A DNA stretch of 41,497 nt from a virus (Duplodnaviria; Caudoviricetes): positions 1 to 41,497 of IMG/VR virus record IMGVR_UViG_3300048893_000063, one strand, 5' to 3'. This document shows positions 36,376 through 41,497 of this stretch, in pieces (the stretch's first letter is position 1; every line of letters starts with the position of its first letter). Made by a program: the position numbers and the translations under genes. The notes beneath the pieces were generated by a model. That model saw only the letters and a list, made by a program, of their open reading frames with translations, made no database searches and was not told where the DNA came from.

Positions 36376-36551
36376 CGATCGCCATCGCAGCGACGATCGT
36401 CGCGACGCTGATCGTCATCGTGCTGGCGCCGGCGCTCGGCGTGCTCGCCTATAGCGTCGCGGCCTTCAGCATCGCTTGCGCACTGTCGGCCGTGCTCGCC
36501 GGGCTTGGCGTCTTCGACAAGGCGCTGACGTCGATCGGGTGGCGCCGATGA
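36372..36551 (+). CDS. 59-aa membrane protein (not in ORF track)
   Basis: MTIAIAATIVATLIVIVLAPALGVLAYSVAAF...GWRR*; ATGA overlaps at both ends. Confidence 0.6.
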   Translation: MTIAIAATIVATLIVIVLAPALGVLAYSVAAFSIACALSAVLAGLGVFDKALTSIGWRR

Positions 36552-37747
36552 CGCAGCTCGTCAAATACAGCGCGGCCGTCTCGGCGCTCGCCGCCTGCGT
36601 GCGCGTCGATGAAGCGAAGGGCATCCGCGACCAGGCCGAGGCGATGAGGGTTTATGCGCGCCAGGCCAACAATCGCGACATGGAGATCACCGCGGCCGAG
36701 ATCAGGCTGCGCGCGGAATTCCGGCTCGGCGAGCTGATCATGGCGCAGAAGGCGACGGTCGGCTTGAACGCCGGCAGCCGCGGCGCCGGCCGGCCGGCGA
36801 AGGCGAAAGGCGCTTCCGCAAAGGCAGCGCCTAAAGACACCAGGCCGAAGCTCGCCGACGTCGGCGTCAGCCATAAGCTGTCGATGCGATCGCAGCGCCT
36901 GGCGTCCCAGACACCGACGCAATTCGCGAAGCGGCTGCTGGCCTGGCGCCAGCAGGCCGAGGCCTCGGCCGAGCGCGTGTCGGTCGACCTGATGCGCGAC
37001 CAGGACAAGAAGGCGGCGCGCGATCGGCGCGAGCGCGTGATGGGCGGCCTGCAGCTCGCGCAGCCGCGGCGAAAATTCGGCGTGATTTATGTCGATGTGC
37101 CGCGGAAGTTCAAGCGGCACAGCGACGTCACCGGCATGGATCGCGCGCCGGAAAATCATTACCGCACCATGACCTTCGAGCAGCTGCTCGATCTGCCGGT
37201 GCAGAAGATGACGCACGACGATGCGGTGATCTTCTACTGGTCGACCGCGGCGTCGCTGCTCGATGATCTGGAAATTCTCGCCGACTGGGGCTTCGCGGCG
37301 TTTCGGCCGCGCGACGTCGACGGCAAGATATTGCGCAACGCCGATGCCAAGCGCACCGCGCACCAGGCGCCGCATATCAACACCAGGCCGCGGAAGTATT
37401 GCACGCATCAGGTCTGGGACAAGGTGCGGATCGGCACCGGCTACTGGGTGCGCGATCGCCACGAAGTTCTGCTGATCGCCACCAAGGGCAAGCCGCCGGC
37501 GCCGGCGCCGGGAACGCAAGACGACTCGATCTTCGCTGAAAAGAAAACCAAGCATTCAGCGAAGCCCGATCGCACGCGCGAGCTGATCGAGCGGCTCTAT
37601 CCGACGATGCCGAAGTGCGAGCTGTTCGCGCGCACGGCGCGCAAGGGCTGGCAGCTCTGGGGCGACCAGGCGCCCGGCGCCAGGTTCAAGCGGAAGATCA
37701 AACCGAAACGGAAGGCAGCGAAGCATGGCCGCAAAAAAAAGCGCTGA
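36548..37747 (+). CDS. MT-A70-family adenine methyltransferase-like protein with N-terminal helical domain
   Basis: HY.TM, WDK...GTGYW.R..HE.LLIAT.G, HSAKP, ELFAR...GW..WG.Q; DPPW motif reads DVPR. Confidence 0.85.
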   Translation: MTQLVKYSAAVSALAACVRVDEAKGIRDQAEAMRVYARQANNRDMEITAAEIRLRAEFRLGELIMAQKATVGLNAGSRGAGRPAKAKGASAKAAPKDTRPKLADVGVSHKLSMRSQRLASQTPTQFAKRLLAWRQQAEASAERVSVDLMRDQDKKAARDRRERVMGGLQLAQPRRKFGVIYVDVPRKFKRHSDVTGMDRAPENHYRTMTFEQLLDLPVQKMTHDDAVIFYWSTAASLLDDLEILADWGFAAFRPRDVDGKILRNADAKRTAHQAPHINTRPRKYCTHQVWDKVRIGTGYWVRDRHEVLLIATKGKPPAPAPGTQDDSIFAEKKTKHSAKPDRTRELIERLYPTMPKCELFARTARKGWQLWGDQAPGARFKRKIKPKRKAAKHGRKKKR

Positions 37748-37988
37748 TCAGACCAAATTCGCGAAGGATGCGCTGAAGGCCTTCGTCGAGCGGATCGAGC
37801 ACTGCGAGGAAGAGAAAAAAACCATCAGCGACGACATTAAGGACATTTACGGCGAAGCCGATGGCGCCGGCTTCAACACCAAGGCGCTGCGCAAGGTGAT
37901 CCGCATCCGCAAGGAAGACCCAGACGAGCGCAAGACGCAGCAGGCGACGCTCGACGCTTACATGCGCGCGCTGGGCCTCGACGAATGA
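37725..37988 (+). CDS. gapR: GapR/DUF2312 nucleoid-associated protein homologue
   Basis: LK.FVERIE..EEEKK.I.DDIK.IY.EA...GF..K.LR.VIR.RK.D..ER......LD.Y..ALG. Confidence 0.9.
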   Translation: MAAKKSADQTKFAKDALKAFVERIEHCEEEKKTISDDIKDIYGEADGAGFNTKALRKVIRIRKEDPDERKTQQATLDAYMRALGLDE

Positions 37989-38200
37989 AGGGCTTCCTGC
38001 GCGACCTGATGCCGATGCGGTGCCTGGAGCGCTGCGACACCTATGCCGCGTGTTTCCTGCTCGGCTGCCGCCACACGCGGCCGAGCAACATCACGACCAA
38101 CGCGCTGCCGCCATCCGAGGCCGAGCTGCAGGCGCGCGAGCTGCTCGATCGAAACGTCTCGCGCCAGGTTCGCCGGCGCCTTGCACGGAAGGGCGAATGA
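37985..38200 (+). CDS. Hypothetical protein
   Basis: ATGA-coupled, 71 aa, Cys cluster. Confidence 0.5.
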   Translation: MKGFLRDLMPMRCLERCDTYAACFLLGCRHTRPSNITTNALPPSEAELQARELLDRNVSRQVRRRLARKGE

Positions 38201-38641
38201 TTGGGAGGGCCGCGGCCGATATGGTGGAAGCCAGGGCAGAAGCAAAAGCAGCCGACGTGCGAGCTGGACGTCATGGAGCGCGTCTTCGTCTGCCCGAATG
38301 GCTGCTGGTGGTGGCTTGGCGGCACCAGCAAGCCGGATGGCCGAGGCTACGGCAGAATTCTGCGGATCGACCGTCGCTGCATGATGGCGGCGCATCGCTT
38401 CATTTACGAGCTGCTGATCGGGCCGGTGCCGCCTGGCATGCAGCTCGACCATACCTGCGTCAATTCGTTGTGTGTGTCGCCGCATCACCTGGAGCCGGTC
38501 ACCGGCGAGGAAAACCTGCGCCGCAAGTCGGCGCGCGCCGGCGCTGCGGAATGGTTTGAAGTGTACCAGGCAAACCGTGATGACGAGCTGCGGCGCGGGC
38601 CGCGCTCGATGGAAGACGATCTCGTCGATGCGTTCGAGTGA
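38201..38641 (+). CDS. HNH endonuclease
   Basis: CW.W.G, GYG, AHR..YE...GP.P.G..LDH.C.N..CV.P.HL..VT..EN; start uncertain. Confidence 0.88.
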   Translation: MGGPRPIWWKPGQKQKQPTCELDVMERVFVCPNGCWWWLGGTSKPDGRGYGRILRIDRRCMMAAHRFIYELLIGPVPPGMQLDHTCVNSLCVSPHHLEPVTGEENLRRKSARAGAAEWFEVYQANRDDELRRGPRSMEDDLVDAFE

Positions 38642-38669
38642 GTGATGCAAACCCACTGGAGTGCAGCAA

Positions 38670-39803
38670 ATGAAGATCACGGTCGAGCGCGACGCATTGC
38701 ATGAAGCGCTGGCGCCAGGCTTTCGCGTGGCGCGCGGCAAGACGACGATCCCGATCCTTAACAATGTGCTGCTGACGGCCGCGGCCGATCGGCTGACGGT
38801 CGCCGGCAACGACACGTCGGTGTGTGCCGAGGCGAGCTGCGCGGCCGAGATCGCGACGCCTGGCACGACGACGGTCGACGGCGAGGCGCTGCAGAAGCTG
38901 ACCAGCAAGATGCCGGACGGCTGCCAGGTATCGATGGAGCTTGACGAAGACTGTAGCCTGATCGTGCGCTTCGGCCGATCGCGCTACAAGCTGACGACGC
39001 TGCCGGCGGCCGACTTTCCGGCGATGATGATGGTCGGCGAAGCGACCGAATTCGAGCTGACCAAGGACCAGGTCGAGGCGCTGTTCGCGCGCACCGTTCC
39101 ATTCGTCGGCAGTGATCCGGGCCGATATTTTCTTTCCGGCGTGCATCTGCGCGTCAAGGGCGGCCATCTGATCGGCGAGGCCGCGGACGGCTCGCATCTA
39201 ATGCAGCGCGCCGCAAAGGTGAAGATCACCGGCAAGGGCCTGAACGGCGCCGGCGTGATCGTGCCGGCGACGTCGGTCGCTGCGATCCTCGAAGTCGCGA
39301 AGGAAGGCGGCACCTTCCGCTGCGCAGACAACCTGATCAGCGTCGCGGCCAACGGGGCAGCGTTCACGTCGAAGCTGATCGAGGCCACCTATCCCGATCT
39401 GCAGCGCGCCATTCCCGATGACATGAACGGGCATTTTACCTGTGACCGCGAAGAGCTGCTCGCGGCGATCGAGCGGCTGATGGTGATCGGCGACGATAGA
39501 TCGGCGTTGCGTTTCAGCTGGGGCGGCGAAGCCAGCTTCAGCTGGGGCAGCGATATGCCGGCGGCCGGTCATATCACCGTGTCGCTGAATAGCGACAGCG
39601 AAGGTGCCGAGGCGGTCGCAGCGGAGATCGTGAAGCTCGACGCCGGCGAGGTAGGCCTGGCGCCCGGCTTTGTGCGCCGGCTGCTGCAGGAAATCCCCGG
39701 CGAGATGGTGCGCGTCTATTTCATCGACGCCGGCTCGGCGGTGCGGTTGTCACAGCCGCTGCTGCCTGACCTGGTCGGCGTCGTGATGCCGAGGAAGATA
39801 TGA
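38670..39803 (+). CDS. dnaN: DNA polymerase III beta sliding clamp
   Basis: TIPILNNVLL, L...PA.DFP, R..L.GV, DG..L, SKLIE..YPD.....IP, VVMP. Confidence 0.93.
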   Translation: MKITVERDALHEALAPGFRVARGKTTIPILNNVLLTAAADRLTVAGNDTSVCAEASCAAEIATPGTTTVDGEALQKLTSKMPDGCQVSMELDEDCSLIVRFGRSRYKLTTLPAADFPAMMMVGEATEFELTKDQVEALFARTVPFVGSDPGRYFLSGVHLRVKGGHLIGEAADGSHLMQRAAKVKITGKGLNGAGVIVPATSVAAILEVAKEGGTFRCADNLISVAANGAAFTSKLIEATYPDLQRAIPDDMNGHFTCDREELLAAIERLMVIGDDRSALRFSWGGEASFSWGSDMPAAGHITVSLNSDSEGAEAVAAEIVKLDAGEVGLAPGFVRRLLQEIPGEMVRVYFIDAGSAVRLSQPLLPDLVGVVMPRKI

Positions 39804-40081
39804 GCGCCGGCGCGCAGCTCGACCTGGTCGCGCTCGAAGCCGCGCGCAAGGTCGAGGCGATCATCGCGGACGATCACGTCGGTGGCCAGGCGCAGCGGCA
39901 GGCCAAAATTCAGATCGCGATCGCTGCGGCGATGCACGTCGCGCGTGAGACGACGATCGAAGAATGCGCGGTCGCCGCCGAGGCCTTCGATCGCACCGGC
40001 CGCGAATGGGTGCGCGAAAGCCTCTGGCAGAAAATGATGAAGCGCGCCGGCGCCAACGTGCGCGCACTGGCGGGCAGCTGA
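39800..40081 (+). CDS. Hypothetical protein
   Basis: ATGA overlap, GAGGA RBS, IEECA..AE motif. Confidence 0.65.
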   Translation: MSAGAQLDLVALEAARKVEAIIADDHVGGQAQRQAKIQIAIAAAMHVARETTIEECAVAAEAFDRTGREWVRESLWQKMMKRAGANVRALAGS

Positions 40082-40109
40082 TGAGCATTCAACGCGGAGG
40101 GCAAGCCAG

Positions 40110-40430
40110 ATGAGCACACGGAAGGAACCGGCAATCCGGCCGTTCACGCGCGAGCTGCGCAAGGCCGGATTTATCTTTGAGTTTCGGGACCGATCAGGCG
40201 GGGCCGAGGTCACGGAATTTTCGAAGCGGCAGGGCGATCGGAAGCTGCGGGTGCAGCTTTGGAAAGACGGCGCGCATCGTGTGTCGCACTCCACCATCAC
40301 CAAGCTAGACGGCGGCCTCGAAGGCGAAAACGGCACGACGATCCCGACCGATTTTCGCACCGTCCCTGAAATGCTGCTGGCGATCGAGCTTGAGTGGGTG
40401 CGGCCGTCAACGCCGGTGCCGAGCCGATGA
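40110..40430 (+). CDS. Hypothetical protein
   Basis: GGAGG RBS, 106 aa. Confidence 0.65.
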   Translation: MSTRKEPAIRPFTRELRKAGFIFEFRDRSGGAEVTEFSKRQGDRKLRVQLWKDGAHRVSHSTITKLDGGLEGENGTTIPTDFRTVPEMLLAIELEWVRPSTPVPSR

Positions 40431-40825
40431 TAGCGCTTCGACGGGACAGAACGTCATTCCTAGAAAGCGATCTTCCGCGCCATCAGCCGCAACACCCTTG
40501 CGGCTTTGCAGGTGGCCTTTGGGATAGTTCGCTCTGGACCGGGCTTGGACATTGGGAAGGCTGGCGCTTTGATCCGCCGCTGTCCTGGGTGTTGTGGCGG
40601 CGCTGGTCATGGGGATTGCGAAGCTGGATCGCAAAGCAAAAATTCCGCTGCCACGCGTGCGGCCAGCAATGCCCGATCGCGCCGATCGGTAGCGGCTTCT
40701 GGCGGTCGACGGCGATCTGCTCTGAGTGCTGCCCGGATCACGATTACGAATATTTCCGCGATCTCGGCATGTGGGCGTGCGTTCACTGCAACGCGGACGC
40801 GCCCGATGACTTTTATTGCGACTGA
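40427..40825 (+). CDS. Trp/Cys-rich hypothetical protein (Zn-finger-like)
   Basis: CHAC, CSECCPDH, CVHC. Confidence 0.6.
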   Translation: MIALRRDRTSFLESDLPRHQPQHPCGFAGGLWDSSLWTGLGHWEGWRFDPPLSWVLWRRWSWGLRSWIAKQKFRCHACGQQCPIAPIGSGFWRSTAICSECCPDHDYEYFRDLGMWACVHCNADAPDDFYCD

Positions 40826-40858
40826 GCTGATCGGCGTTCAACGGGGAAGCACCGGCAG

Positions 40859-41143
40859 ATGATCGCAGGCGACGAGCTGCTGCAGATCGACGGTGTGACA
40901 TTCACGCCCGACGCTTACTTGCACGAAGCCGCGACGCGTGACGGCGTGCTGGTCGGCGAGCTGAAGCCTGACGAGCCGCCCGACAATCGCTGCCGCTGCG
41001 AGCGCTGCATCAGGCTGCGCCGGCCGGCCGAGGAATGGTGGCAGGTGCGAAAAATCAATCGCTTCGGTGACTGGGGCAGCTGGAAGCCGGCGCGCAGCGC
41101 GGCCGAGGCGCGCGCGTTTATCTGCAGCAAGGTCTGGGAATGA
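40859..41143 (+). CDS. Hypothetical protein
   Basis: GGGGA RBS; ATGA overlap with next gene. Confidence 0.6.
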   Translation: MIAGDELLQIDGVTFTPDAYLHEAATRDGVLVGELKPDEPPDNRCRCERCIRLRRPAEEWWQVRKINRFGDWGSWKPARSAAEARAFICSKVWE

Positions 41144-41497
41144 GCTTTCAAGCAACAGAATGGGCGCGCAGCCTGCCGCTGACGTCGCAATCGGCGAAGT
41201 TCACGCTGATGGTGATCGGCAGCTATGCCGATACTGACGGCATTTGCTTTCCGCGCCTGGCGCTGCTCGCGACCGACACGGTGCAGAGCGTCGCCAGCGT
41301 GCGCCGGCGCATCCGCGACTTCGAGCAGCTCGGCATCCTGCAGCGCCTGCCGCGCTGGGCCAGCCCTGACGGCCGCATGGTGGTGACGCAGATCGCCGAC
41401 ATGCCGCGGCCGATCGGATACCGGCAGACCAGCGACGAGCTGCGGCTCAATCTCGACCTGACGCCGGCCGACGTCGCGCAGCTCGTCGCCGAGCACG
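41140..41497 (+). CDS. Replication initiator, N-terminal HTH (partial)
   Basis: MSFQATEWARS....AKFTLMVIGSYAD.DG.CFP....LA......SVRR.I..FE..G; runs off window. Confidence 0.8.
   Translation, partial: MSFQATEWARSLPLTSQSAKFTLMVIGSYADTDGICFPRLALLATDTVQSVASVRRRIRDFEQLGILQRLPRWASPDGRMVVTQIADMPRPIGYRQTSDELRLNLDLTPADVAQLVAEH

Noticed and set aside
37733-37740. A8 run as a frameshift fusing MT-A70 to GapR
   Set aside because: Would need a +1 shift, and GapR has its own ATG and RBS-like sequence

Overview
Most of the genome of a temperate, GC-rich, HK97-fold siphophage. The host is probably an alphaproteobacterium (inferred from the GapR/DUF2312 homologue, GTA-like tail genes and DUF2793). Order: terminases, portal, S49 protease, capsid, neck and tail genes, lysis module, an intact attP (3' half of tRNA-Thr(GGT)) with a tyrosine integrase and excisionase, a leftward early operon, a CI/Cro switch with operators, and a rightward early operon (HD hydrolase, MT-A70, GapR, HNH, DnaN, partial replication initiator). 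Phage genes lie on both sides of the att core, so this is the excised or virion configuration. The most striking feature is a translationally coupled cassette of five glycosyltransferase-like and two SAM-methyltransferase domains inside the head-neck operon. Its first enzyme has no plausible start codon of its own and appears to be fused by a -1 frameshift (C_CCT_TTG) to the small protein encoded after the capsid gene, making this a candidate virion-glycosylation system. In addition, the capsid protein has an N-terminal membrane helix, and the tail fibre has a Sec-type signal peptide plus paired cysteines. All family assignments come from motif recognition, not database searches.
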